Part shown: in pieces, positions 21,793 to 34,600 of the stretch
Numbering within the stretch: the stretch's first letter is position 1
Layout of the letters: every line of letters begins with the position of its first letter
Assembly (NCBI GenBank): GCA_963815115.1
Contig: CAWFFN010000005.1
Coordinates: 1,376,001-1,440,000 of the forward strand
Source of the DNA: an uncultured delta proteobacterium
GTDB taxonomy: Bacteria > Desulfobacterota > Binatia > DP-6
Length of the DNA: 64,000 bases
Direction of reading: 5' to 3'
Notes under the pieces: model-generated
The model's database searches: none
What the model was told of the DNA's origin: nothing
Seen by the model: only the letters and a program-made list of their open reading frames with translations
Position numbers and translations under genes: made by a program

Positions 21793-21996
21793 CTACTCGC
21801 TACAGCGCTCGACCCAGCGGTGCCCGCACGGGCAGACGCGGTGGAAGTGATCGCCGCGCGCCTCGGCACAGTCACGATCGAAGTTCACCCGGATCAGGCG
21901 GCGGTTCCCGCAGCGAGCGCAGCGGGCGCGCATGTTGGTGAACGGCGGGAGGTCTGCTTCCTCGACGGGCGCGGTCGTCATGGGCGCGTCTACCAC
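21793..21996 (-). CDS. Small Zn-ribbon protein (phage-like)
   Basis: CARCG...CPCGHRW. Confidence 0.45.
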   Translation of the reverse strand: MVDAPMTTAPVEEADLPPFTNMRARCARCGNRRLIRVNFDRDCAEARGDHFHRVCPCGHRWVERCSE

Positions 21997-22668
21997 GGCG
22001 GGGGCGACGACGAGGGGTGTTCACGCCGGCCGCCTGACACGCGCCATGCTGACGCCCGCGTCGCCCGGCTACCGCGACCGCGCCCTGCTGCGCCTCGCAT
22101 GCTGGGCGGTGCATCGTCTGCGGGCGCGCGCCCGCTGCTCGTCGCCGCCGGCCTGGTGCAGATGATCGACGGCGCCCCGTATCTCGAGACCGCGCCGGGC
22201 ACCAAGATCCGCCTGCCCGGCGTGCTCGATGCCCCGCCGCGCTGCGGCGCTTTGGCGCGCTCCTCCTCCTCGCGGTCGAGGAGGCGGGCCTCGCGCCCCG
22301 ACGCGGCACGGTCGCGCCACCGCCCACGGCGACGCCCTTCGTGCGCGCCCAGGCCCGGCGCCGCGCCGCCGCCCGCGTGCTCGCGCGCCGCTGGCTGCTC
22401 GGGGAGCTCGACGGCGAGGTCGTCGTGCCGATCACGGTGGCGTGCAGTGCGCTGGGCCTGGACCCCGAGGCGCTCGCCGATGCCGTCCGCCTGCGGAGCA
22501 CCCGCCCGCTGCGGCAGCCACGCGCCAGCGCGCCCCCCTGCGGCCCCTGGCGGAGCGGCGGCGGGCCGCGTGCGCGCCCGCGCTCCGCCGGCCGGCCGGG
22601 GCGCAGGCCGCCGCCCGGTGAGGGGCGGCGCGCGGGGGAGCACGACGATGCAGAAACAGGCCCGCGGG

Positions 22669-22986
22669 TCAGTGTCCGAGTGCCACGAAGTTCTCGCAGT
22701 CGGCGATTGAGATTATGGTCCCGTCGGCTGCGTAGCCGAGGGGGACCGCGCAATACACTCCCCCAACGTCGGTGAAGACGAAGCCCGGTTGGTCGTACAC
22801 CCCGAGCTCGTGGCACACACACGCGACCTTCATCTTGGCGGGAGTCTTCTGCCCGGGGGTAAATTGGGGAGCGACCTTCCCGATCAGCCTGTTGAACGTG
22901 TCCTGGTCGGTGGCGGCAGCAGGCCTCGCGGTGACCCCCCCCGCCAGCACGGCCAGCAGCCCGAGTGTCCAATACCGATGTGTCAT
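22669..22986 (-). CDS. Small secreted Cys-containing protein
   Basis: AGGAGG RBS, signal peptide, CVC...C...C. Confidence 0.6.
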   Translation of the reverse strand: MTHRYWTLGLLAVLAGGVTARPAAATDQDTFNRLIGKVAPQFTPGQKTPAKMKVACVCHELGVYDQPGFVFTDVGGVYCAVPLGYAADGTIISIADCENFVALGH

Positions 22987-23244
22987 TGGCGCATCCTCCT
23001 TACTGTCTCCGGCCGGCGACCTGTTCGTCGGCGTTCACTCCGGGGGCGTTCAAACCGATCGAACAATGTACGGTCCGGGGTCGCGGGCCGGCGCCGCGAC
23101 GGCGGCGACGTGACTGCGGCGCGTCGACGCGGGTCCTTCCCGGTGGCGCCTGGTCGGCGAGGCGACGCCCTGCCAGGGGCGCCTAGCGATAGGCTCGTTG
23201 AATCCTTGACACCCGACGCGGCGCCGGCACCACCCGCGAGGGGT

Positions 23245-23410
23245 CGCGTGGCGCTCGTCACGCAGGCGAATTACGCGCGCCGTCGGGGCATTAGCCGCGA
23301 GGCGGTGCGGCAACGGGCTGTCACGGCGGGGGGGCCGGTGCCTGTCCACGGGCCACGGAAGTTGCTTGACGTCGCCGAGGCCAACGCCCTGTGGGAAACG
23401 ACCAAGTCGA
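23245..23410 (+). pseudogene. Phage Nu1/terminase-small-like HTH fragment
   Basis: TQANYARRRGISREAVRQ...LDVAEANALW. Confidence 0.4.
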
Positions 23411-23622
23411 CGGCGGGGGCGTTCCACACCAACGGCACCGGTGTGAGACTGCGGACCTCGGGTCACCTGGAAACCGTCGGGCTAGCCACGCACGCGGATT
23501 CCTCCGGGTCTTGTGCGATGCCCTCGGCCTCAATGCCGGCGTGCTCGCGGCGGCGGTGCGATGCCCGCAAGGTGCAATGACCAGCCTCGCGGTCGTGTGG
23601 TTGCCTGTGAAACAACTACACC

Positions 23623-24267
23623 GTGATGAAGTCACAGCTGACACATCGGTTCATCGGAATTGTGCACACCGACACCAAGTACCAGCTATTCAATCTAATC
23701 AACATGAGCCGAAGCAGGACCCCGGAGCTCAAGTTCACGTTCAAGAACGACGGCGTGTTCCCGGGGCCAGGACCATTGATTCGTCATCGGGGGTTCGAAG
23801 TTACGTATCACGCTGACGCCGCGACCCACTTCAAGGCGGGTGGTAGGTACAATGCGAAGGGTCGCAAGTTACCGGTCGACAGGATTCGCAATCCGTTCGT
23901 CGTGTTTCAGGTCATAGTGCAGAAGTACACGAGTCTGCCGAAATTTGCGGGTGAGATCCGTCGGCCAAACCTTCCAATCCCACTCCAGTTCTTCGACGAC
24001 GGCGTCCAGATTGACGTGTACCTCCATAGTGACGGCGTTCCGGCAACGATGTGGGTAGAGGTGCTGAATTCCGATCCCAGCTTCACGCCAATGTCCGCGA
24101 CCACTTTGAAAGTCCCCTCGTGGAGACTCGGGCTGACGGTCGTGTGCCATTCGATCGATCCCGTGCTTCGCCGCTTGCACGAGCGACACGGACACAACAT
24201 CGTTGGGCTTCCTCGTGGGCTTTCCTCATACGTCCCGAACGGGTCCGGGTTCGGTATCAAGGACTAG
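23623..24267 (+). CDS. Hypothetical protein, lower GC than its surroundings
   Basis: 214-aa ORF with non-repetitive composition. Confidence 0.6.
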   Translation: MMKSQLTHRFIGIVHTDTKYQLFNLINMSRSRTPELKFTFKNDGVFPGPGPLIRHRGFEVTYHADAATHFKAGGRYNAKGRKLPVDRIRNPFVVFQVIVQKYTSLPKFAGEIRRPNLPIPLQFFDDGVQIDVYLHSDGVPATMWVEVLNSDPSFTPMSATTLKVPSWRLGLTVVCHSIDPVLRRLHERHGHNIVGLPRGLSSYVPNGSGFGIKD

Positions 24268-24279
24268 GTGATCGCACGG

Positions 24280-24727
24280 TCACGAGCCACCACGAACAGC
24301 GCGCACGTAGTACTGGTTGAAGGTCTTGTCGAAGGGGTTCATGTAGGCGTCCGTACTGTTCACGCCCCACGCTACACTCGGCGAGAGCTCGTAGGTCGCC
24401 GACGACCAGTAGGCGAACTGCTCCGTGCACGAGCAGGTCAGGACGGTGCAGCCCGGCGCGCAGGCCGTGTCGAACGCGGGCGCGATCGACGGGAACAGCG
24501 CGCCGTACACCGTTAGGGTCACCAGCTCGTTGATGTTGGGCAGCCGCCAGTCGGTGAAGCCGGCGAAGCCGCTGCCCCCGTTCAGCGTCGTGATCTTCCC
24601 GAACGCGCCCGCCCACGCATACGTGTCGTCCTTGTCGTGCACGCTGCCGTCATCCGACAACTTCTCCCACATCAACCCGGTCGTCATGTCGGTGATCGTG
24701 CCGTTGCTGTTGTCGACGTAGACGGCC
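24280..24727 (-). pseudogene. DUF1566 (Lcl C-terminal, C-type-lectin fold) fragment, 5'-truncated by copy G
   Basis: DNSNGTITDMTTGLMWEK...DWRLPNINEL...YWSS...AWGV...VRAVRGG*. Confidence 0.85.
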
Positions 24728-24812
24728 GATAGGAGCGATGAACGGGGTTTTGCGAAGATTTACGGAACGCCCCATCCCAGACCTTCGCCGCATTTTCGCC
24801 CGCTCCGTAACA
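24728..24812 (-). repeat. oriIS-like mini-element copy G
   Basis: Full 85-bp unit. Confidence 0.95.
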
Positions 24813-24877
24813 AGGTGAGCTTCTCCCGGGGCGGCATCACGGCCGTCAGCGGGTTCGGGACCCTCGCCGACCTCGGA

Positions 24878-26143
24878 TCACCGCCCTGCCGCCACCAGCG
24901 CAGCGACCGTGAACCAGTCGTCGGTGATCCCGGCCTTCTCGCCCTGGTGGAAGTACCACCCCTGCTCACCCGGGAACCGCGGGCTCGGCAGCGACGCCTT
25001 GGTCGCGTGCTCGAGCTGCAGATCGACCATGACGATGGCCGGCGCGAAGGGCATCTCGTCCTCGTACACGATCGCGTTGCTCCCGGGAACCGACTTCCGG
25101 AAGCTGAGGTCGTTGATCCAGAGCTTCCACAGCTCTCCGGAGCGGTCGTAGATGTCGCTGAACGGGATGCCCCAGTACTCCTTGTCGATGAAGAGCACCC
25201 GCTTGGAGTACGCATACTGGGGCAGCTTCGACGTGCCCTCGATGACGTACACCTTGCGCTTCTCCCACACGTCGTCGAAGGCCCAGTCGACCTTGGAGTG
25301 CCACTTCACCGGGAAGTGTTCTGCGTGTACCGCACCCAGGACCTCCTTCTCACCGAGGTACTTCCAGTCCATCCAGGAGACTTGCCCGGCGTAGCCGTAG
25401 TAGCTGTCGACGTCGGTGTCCTGGCCGAAGAGCGCGTCGGAGCGCTGCGCCGTCGAGAGCCGCCGCACGCGCCGCAATGACGGCAGGTAGAGCCAGGAGT
25501 CGTCCTGCTTGCCGGTGTCTACGTAGCGGTTGCCGAGCGCGCCCACCCCCTTCAGGTCGAAGGGTTCGAGGATCGGATACAGCCCCTGCTGCACCCGGTA
25601 GCCGTTCGGGTTCGGCTTCTCGGGCTTGGGATCGACGTAGAGTCGGGCGGTCCAGAACAGGCGGCGCAGATGATCGAGCAGGAAGTGACGCTCGACCGTC
25701 ATCGGGCCGTTCTGCGGGATCGTGCCCGTGTCGGCGTCGAAGTTGCGCAGGTCGGTGTCGTCAAGCCCGTTCGCGAACCCGTACTCGTAGTTCCACATGA
25801 TCTTGAGGGCGAACTGCGGGTCCTTGGGATCGAGGTTCGGGAACGGCTGGCCGGCGACATAGTTGCTCACGGTGAGGCCGTCCGCCGACAGCTTCACCTG
25901 CGGCGCGTACTTCTCGGTGGCCTCCTTGTACGCCTTCGGCCACTCGACCCGCTTGGTCTCCCCGACCGTGATCGGGAATCCACGCTTGATGCACCACTCG
26001 AGGCCCGGCGAGATCAGGTCTTTTGCCTTCGCCACGTTCGTCCCGTCGATCTTGTCGCCGGGGACAACGTCGGCATGCACGCTCGCGGCGAGCGCCGACA
26101 GGACCAGTGCGATTGCGGCATACCAGGAACGACCCATGTTCAT
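24878..26143 (-). CDS. DUF1329 family periplasmic protein
   Basis: Signal peptide; GQPFP...KIMWN, DDSWLYLPSLRRVRR, YAYSKRVLFID, YDRSGELWK. Confidence 0.9.
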   Translation of the reverse strand: MNMGRSWYAAIALVLSALAASVHADVVPGDKIDGTNVAKAKDLISPGLEWCIKRGFPITVGETKRVEWPKAYKEATEKYAPQVKLSADGLTVSNYVAGQPFPNLDPKDPQFALKIMWNYEYGFANGLDDTDLRNFDADTGTIPQNGPMTVERHFLLDHLRRLFWTARLYVDPKPEKPNPNGYRVQQGLYPILEPFDLKGVGALGNRYVDTGKQDDSWLYLPSLRRVRRLSTAQRSDALFGQDTDVDSYYGYAGQVSWMDWKYLGEKEVLGAVHAEHFPVKWHSKVDWAFDDVWEKRKVYVIEGTSKLPQYAYSKRVLFIDKEYWGIPFSDIYDRSGELWKLWINDLSFRKSVPGSNAIVYEDEMPFAPAIVMVDLQLEHATKASLPSPRFPGEQGWYFHQGEKAGITDDWFTVAALVAAGR

Positions 26144-26433
26144 CGGCTCTCTCCTTTGGCCTTCCCTCGCCGACGCGGCGATGAGCGGAAGGTCGGCGAT
26201 CGACCCGTGACGTCCTCGACGGTCGCCGCCCGTTTGTCGATTGTCTCGGGCGGAACTTCGCGGAGGCCTCTCTGGGTCATCCTCCATTCATTCGCGCATC
26301 CCACCTCTTCTTCGGGCACTTGCGGAGCAACGATCATGCCCTCCGCCTTCCCCTGGGAGTACACCCGGGAACGCGGCAACCCAGCCGCATCGGTCGGAAT
26401 GAAACGGCCGTCTTTTCCCAACCCCGCGAAGCC

Positions 26434-26518
26434 GATAGGAGCGATGAACGGGGTTTTGCGAAGGTTTACGGAACGCCCCATCCCGGACCTTCGCCGCATT
26501 TTCGCCCGCTCCGTAACA
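26434..26518 (-). repeat. oriIS-like mini-element copy H
   Basis: Full 85-bp unit. Confidence 0.95.
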
Positions 26519-26850
26519 AGTGCAAGTTAAGCATGCGTAAACGTAGGGAATAGACGTAGCATCTTGTAGACCTCACCGCATATCCTGAACGGTCTGGCTT
26601 CTCGCCATGCGGATGATGGGAGTGCCGTTCTGGTCCGGCCAGCGTCAGGTAGATGTTGGTCCCGCTCATCTTCTTGATGCCCTGGGCCTGCAGCTGCTCC
26701 ATGGCCTGTTCACGCTTCGCATAAGTCCAGCCGTTGAGCGGTCGCCGTGCTCCCCGGCGGGAACGTCCTTCGGTGTGGAGCGACCTCCTTGTTTCAGGGC
26801 TCGCCGGTAAAGGACATTATGGTCTTGCCCCGTCCGGGCGAACACCTGAG

Positions 26851-27732
26851 TTAAGCCGCTGCGCGGCGATTCCAGTATCGGTCCTCGTAGTCGACGGGGC
26901 TCATCATGTCGATGGCTGAGTGCCGACGCTGGCGGTTGTAGACGGCTTCGATCCAGTGAACGGTCGCCGTCCGTGTGCGAGCCCGGGTCGGCCATGACCG
27001 GGGCTCGATGAGCTCGAGCTTGTAGGTCGCGAAGAAGGACTCGGCGAGGGCGTTGTCCCAGCAGACGCCGGTCTTTCCCATTGACTGTTTCACGCCGTGC
27101 GCATCGCACAGTGCCCGGAACTCGGCCGAGGTGTATTGGCTTCCCCTGTCCGAGTGGAAGATGACACCCTCAACGTTTCCGCTGCGCGTAGCGACGGCCA
27201 TCATCAACGCATCGCACACGAGCGATGCGCGCAAGTGACCGGCGAGGGAGAATCCGATCACGCGACGCGAGAAGACGTCGATGACCGTCGCCAGGTACAG
27301 CCAGCCCTCCCACGTGCGGATGTAGGTGATGTCGCCGACCCACAGCATGTCGGGGGACGGCGCTTCGAACTTCCCATGCACGAGATCGGGGATCGCCGGC
27401 GGTGTCGGTTCCGGTGTCGTCGTACGGACCCAGCGCGGTGGGCGACGACCTCGCAGGCCCGCTGCCTTCATCAACCGCGCTACGCGCTTGCGGCCGACCT
27501 CGTGGCCCTGGGCCTGCAACTCAGCCAGCACGCGGGGCACGCCGTATTGGCCGTCCGACGCCGCATGGATCGCCTTGATCTTCGCCAGCAGTGCCGCATC
27601 GTCTCGTTCACGCTGCGACGGCGGCCCGTCCTGCCACTCGTAGTAGGCGGTGCGGGAGACCTGGGCGATCCGGCAAAGCTGCGTCACCGAATACCGACGA
27701 CTCTCCGCCTCGACGAACCGGTACCGGCTCAT
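26851..27732 (-). CDS. IS3 OrfB (DDE transposase)
   Basis: WVGDITYI, FHSDRGSQY, CWDNALAESFF; ATGA overlap with orfA. Confidence 0.95.
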   Translation of the reverse strand: MSRYRFVEAESRRYSVTQLCRIAQVSRTAYYEWQDGPPSQRERDDAALLAKIKAIHAASDGQYGVPRVLAELQAQGHEVGRKRVARLMKAAGLRGRRPPRWVRTTTPEPTPPAIPDLVHGKFEAPSPDMLWVGDITYIRTWEGWLYLATVIDVFSRRVIGFSLAGHLRASLVCDALMMAVATRSGNVEGVIFHSDRGSQYTSAEFRALCDAHGVKQSMGKTGVCWDNALAESFFATYKLELIEPRSWPTRARTRTATVHWIEAVYNRQRRHSAIDMMSPVDYEDRYWNRRAAA

Positions 27733-28046
27733 CGGGTCTCCATCGCGAAGAAAGCCGCCGCCCGCTTCAAGATGTCCCGCTCGTCGCGGAGCACCCGCAC
27801 CTCGCGCCGCAACCGCCGCAGCTCCTCGCGCTCCTCGGTCGTCAGCCCCTCCCGTTCGCCCGCGTCGACCGCCACCTGCTCGACCCAGCGGCGCACCGCC
27901 GTCTCGCTCAGGTCCATCTCCCGACAAATCGTCGGGATCGTCCGGTCACCCTGTCGCACCAAGGCGACGACCTCGGCCTTGAACGAACTCGTGAACGATC
28001 GCCGTGGGCGGCGACTCGCTCCCTTGCCCTCCACCTTCTTCCGCAT
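27729..28046 (-). CDS. IS3 OrfA
   Basis: RRSFTSSFKAEVV...ELRRLRRE...ERDILKRAAAFF. Confidence 0.9.
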   Translation of the reverse strand: MRKKVEGKGASRRPRRSFTSSFKAEVVALVRQGDRTIPTICREMDLSETAVRRWVEQVAVDAGEREGLTTEEREELRRLRREVRVLRDERDILKRAAAFFAMETR

Positions 28047-28161
28047 CCGAACACCCTCCTCGTGGGCTCACGCCCACATCTGGGGTGTTCGCCGGTCGGG
28101 GGCAAGTCCATTATCATGCATGAAAGAGACGGGTTTTTGTGGAAGGGGGGTCGGAAGTTTT

Positions 28162-28491
28162 ATGGTGGATCAGGGAACGCTAATGGACGGCGGCGGCGGG
28201 CGCGCGGTGTGGGAAGTTGCGGTTGTCGAGAGGCCGCGCAGCCGCGCGGCGGAAGTTCTGGCCAGTGTGCCGGCGATCATTGCCGGCGCCGGCGAGAAAG
28301 CGGCGTGGCGGTTCCTGGAGTTCTTCACGGCGAACATCCGGAACAAGAATACCCGCCGGGCCTATGCGCACGCCGTACGGCTGTTCTGCGCCTGGCTTGG
28401 CGAGCGCGGCATCAGCGACCTGGCTGCCGTCAACCCGGTGCTGGTGGCGGCCTATGTCGAGCATCTCGGCCGCGAGCTCTCCAAGCCCTCT
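28162..28491 (+). pseudogene. Tyrosine recombinase N-terminal (SAM-like) fragment, truncated by copy I
   Basis: AGEKAAWRFLEFFTANIRNKNTRRAY...VAAYVEHL...KPS| followed by the repeat. Confidence 0.8.
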
Positions 28492-28579
28492 TGTTACGGA
28501 GCGTGCGAAAATGCGGCGAAGGTCCGGGATGGGGCGTTCTGTAAGCCTCCGCGGCAAAAGGCCCTTCGTCGTGCCTATC
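28492..28579 (+). repeat. oriIS-like mini-element copy I (88-bp subtype, opposite orientation)
   Basis: TGTTACGGAGCGTGCGAAAATG...TTCGTCGTGCCTATC|AGCT. Confidence 0.95.
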
Positions 28580-28888
28580 AGCTCCATCGCATGCCCAGGC
28601 CTTCGCCGGCCTGAGCGACACGGAGCGCTGGCAGGTCGTCGGTCACGTCCGCGCCATCAGCCTGGGCGGGGCGGGAACGCCCCCAGGCCCCCGCCGGCCC
28701 TAGGCCGCGGACGGCAGTGCTCGATCCGGGCTGCCCGGGGGCCGTCCCGGCGTCGAGCCCCGTTGATCTTTGGGAAAGAGCTACCAGCAGAGGACTATCT
28801 GCCTTGACAGCAGGAGCTCACGGACGGTAGCACCCCATCAGCTACCTTCAGTTTGCTAAGAATCTCAACAATCACCAGGGGGTGGTCA

Positions 28889-31637
<2,749 letters not shown>

Positions 31638-31659
31638 GCCGCTAGCGCGAGGAGGAGAG

Positions 31660-34600
31660 ATGCAGGGGCGTGCGACTCGCGGGATGCTCCTGGCGACGGC
31701 GATCGCCGTCACCCTGTCCGCGAGCGCTCATGCTGCTCCCTGCGACACGCCGGCGAACCCCATCGTGGCGGAGAACTGCCTCCCGGGCGACTCGCCGGAT
31801 ACCTGGGACGTGAGCGGCGCGGGCGATCCGAGCATCCAGGGATTCGCCACCGACATCAGCGTCAACCGCGGTCAGACCGTGCTCTTCAAGATCGACACGG
31901 ACTCGACCAGCTACCGCCTGGACATCTATCGCATTGGCTACTACGGCGGCATGGGCGCCCGCAGGGTTGCCACCGTCCAGCCCACCGCCTCTCTGCCCCA
32001 GAACCAACCCGCCTGCCTGACGGACCCGTCCACCGGCCTGGTCGACTGCGGCAATTGGGCGGTCTCGGCGTCGTGGAACGTGCCGACGAACGCGACGTCG
32101 GGCATCTACTTCGCGTTGCTCGTGCGCGAGGACGCCACGCCGGGGGCGAGCCACGTCGTCTTCGTCGTGCGCGACGACAACGGCGGTTCGGATCTGTTCT
32201 TCCAGACCTCCGACACCACCTGGCAGGCCTACAACCAGTACGGCGGGAACAGCCTCTACGTCGGCTCGCCCGCGGGGCGCGCCTTCAAGGTGAGCTACAA
32301 TCGCCCGTTCACCACACGCGGGCCGACGCCGGAAGACTGGGTGTTCAACGCCGAGTACCCCATGGTCCGCTGGCTCGAGGCCAACGGCTACGACGTGAGC
32401 TACACCACCGGAGTGGACACGGCGCGGAGAGGTGCGGAGCTCCTCGAGCACCGCGTGTTCCTGTCGGTCGGCCACGACGAGTACTGGTCCGGCGATCAAC
32501 GGGCCAACGTCGAGGCGGCGCGTGATGCTGGCCTCCATCTCGCCTTCTTCAGCGGCAACGAGGTGTTCTGGAAGACGCGGTGGGAGAACAGCGTCGACGG
32601 CTCGTCCACGCCGTATCGCACGCTGGTCACCTACAAGGAGACGCACGCCAACGCGAAGATCGATCCGCTCCCGAACGTGTGGACGGGCACGTGGCGCGAT
32701 CCGCGCTTCAGCCCGCCGGCCGACGGCGGGCGGCCCGAGAACGGCCTCACCGGCACGATCTTCACCGTCAACTGCTGCTCGGACGCGATCACGGTTCCGT
32801 CGGCCGACGGCCGCATGCGGTTCTGGCGCAACACCACCGTGGCGTCGCTCGGCCCCGGGCAGACCGCTACGCTCCCTCCCGAGACGCTCGGCTACGAGTG
32901 GGACGAGGATCTCGACAACGGCGTGCGTCCCCCGGGCCTGGTGCGTCTCTCGACCACCACCCTCACGGAGCCGCAGCGCCTGCTCGACTTCGGCTCGAAC
33001 TACGGCACCGGGACGGCGACCCATCGTCTGGTTTTGCACAGGCAGCCGAACGGCGCGCTCGTGTTCGGCGCCGGCACCGTGCAGTGGTCCTGGGGGCTCG
33101 ATGACAATCACGACCGCGGCAGTGCACCGCCCGACGTCCGCATGCAGCAGGCGACGGTCAATCTCCTGGCCGACATGGGCGTGCAGCCCGCCACGCGACA
33201 GCCTGGCCTGGTCGCGGCCACCGCGTCGACCGACGGTTCCCCCCCGTCTGCGGCGATAACGTCTCCGGCCGACGGCGCGGTGGTCGCGAGTGGCGGCACG
33301 GTCGCGATCAGCGGCACTGCCGCCGACGGGGGCGGCGGCGTGGTGGGCGGCGTCGAGGTCTCCGTCGACGGCGGTACGACCTGGCATCCCGCCAGCGGGC
33401 GGGCGGCGTGGAGCTACTCGTGGACGGTGCCGGTACAATCGGGCTCCATCACGCTCCTGGCGCGCGCCGTGGACGACAGCGGCAACCTGGGTGCGCCCGG
33501 CGCGCCGGTCACGGTGACGACGGGCGGCTTCCAGGACCCGAACCAGGGTCCGGGCGGACCGATCCTGGTCATCACGCGACCCGCCGATCCCTTCGGTCGG
33601 TACTACGCCGAGATCCTGCGCGCCGAGGGCCTGCAGGCGTTCGCCGTGGCGGACATCGCGAGCGTGTCGGCATCGACGCTCGCGGGCTACGACGTCGTCG
33701 TGCTGGCCTCGATGCCGCTCAACGCGGCTCAGGTGTCCATGCTGACCAGCTGGGTGACGGCGGGCGGGAACCTCATCGCGATGCGCCCTGACGCCCAGCT
33801 CGCTTCGCTGCTCGGCCTCACTGCGGCCGGCAGTCCGCTGTCCAATGCGTATCTCCTGGTCAACACGGCCGCAGGTCCGGGAGCCGGCATCGTCGGTCAG
33901 ACGATCCAGTTCCACGGCGCCGCCGACCGCTACACGACGAGCGGTGCCACCGCCGTCGCCACGCTGTACGCGAACGCGTCCAGCGCCACCGCCAACCCGG
34001 CCGTGACGCTCCGGAGCGTCGGGACGATGGGTGGTCAGGCGGCGGCGTTCACGTATGATCTCGCGCGCTCCGTCGTCTACACGCGGCAGGGCAATCCGGC
34101 ATGGGCGGGTCAGGAGCGGGACGGCACGCCGCCGCGCCGGTCCGACGACCTGTTCTTCGGGAATGCCGCGGGCGATCCGCAGCCCGACTGGGTCGACCTC
34201 GGCAAGGTCGCCATCCCGCAGGCCGACGAACAGCAACGGCTGCTCGCGAACCTGATCCTCCAGATGAACCTGGACCGCAAACCCTTGCCACGCTTCTGGT
34301 ACCTCCCGCGCGGGCTCCAGGCGGCCGTCCTGATGAGCGGTGACGACCACGGCAACGGCGGGACCGCCGGGCGGTTCGACGGCTACATCGCCGACAGCCC
34401 GCCGGGGTGCTCCGTGCCCGACTGGGAATGCGTCCGCAGCACCTCGTACGTCTATCCCGGCACGCCGAACCTGGACAACGCGGTGGGCTACAGCGCGGAG
34501 GGATTCGAGATCAGCATCCACGTGCTCACCAATTGCGAGGACTGGACCCCGGCGTCGCTGGACGCCTTCTTCGACAACCAGCTCGACGCGCTGGAGTCAC

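Larger units (their letters stand above)
26820..28110 (-). mobile_element. Complete IS3-family element
   Basis: IRs TGGTCTTGCCCCGTCCGGGCGAACACC / TGGACTTGCCCCCGACCGGCGAACACC; TTA duplicated at 26817-26819 and 28111-28113. Confidence 0.95.
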
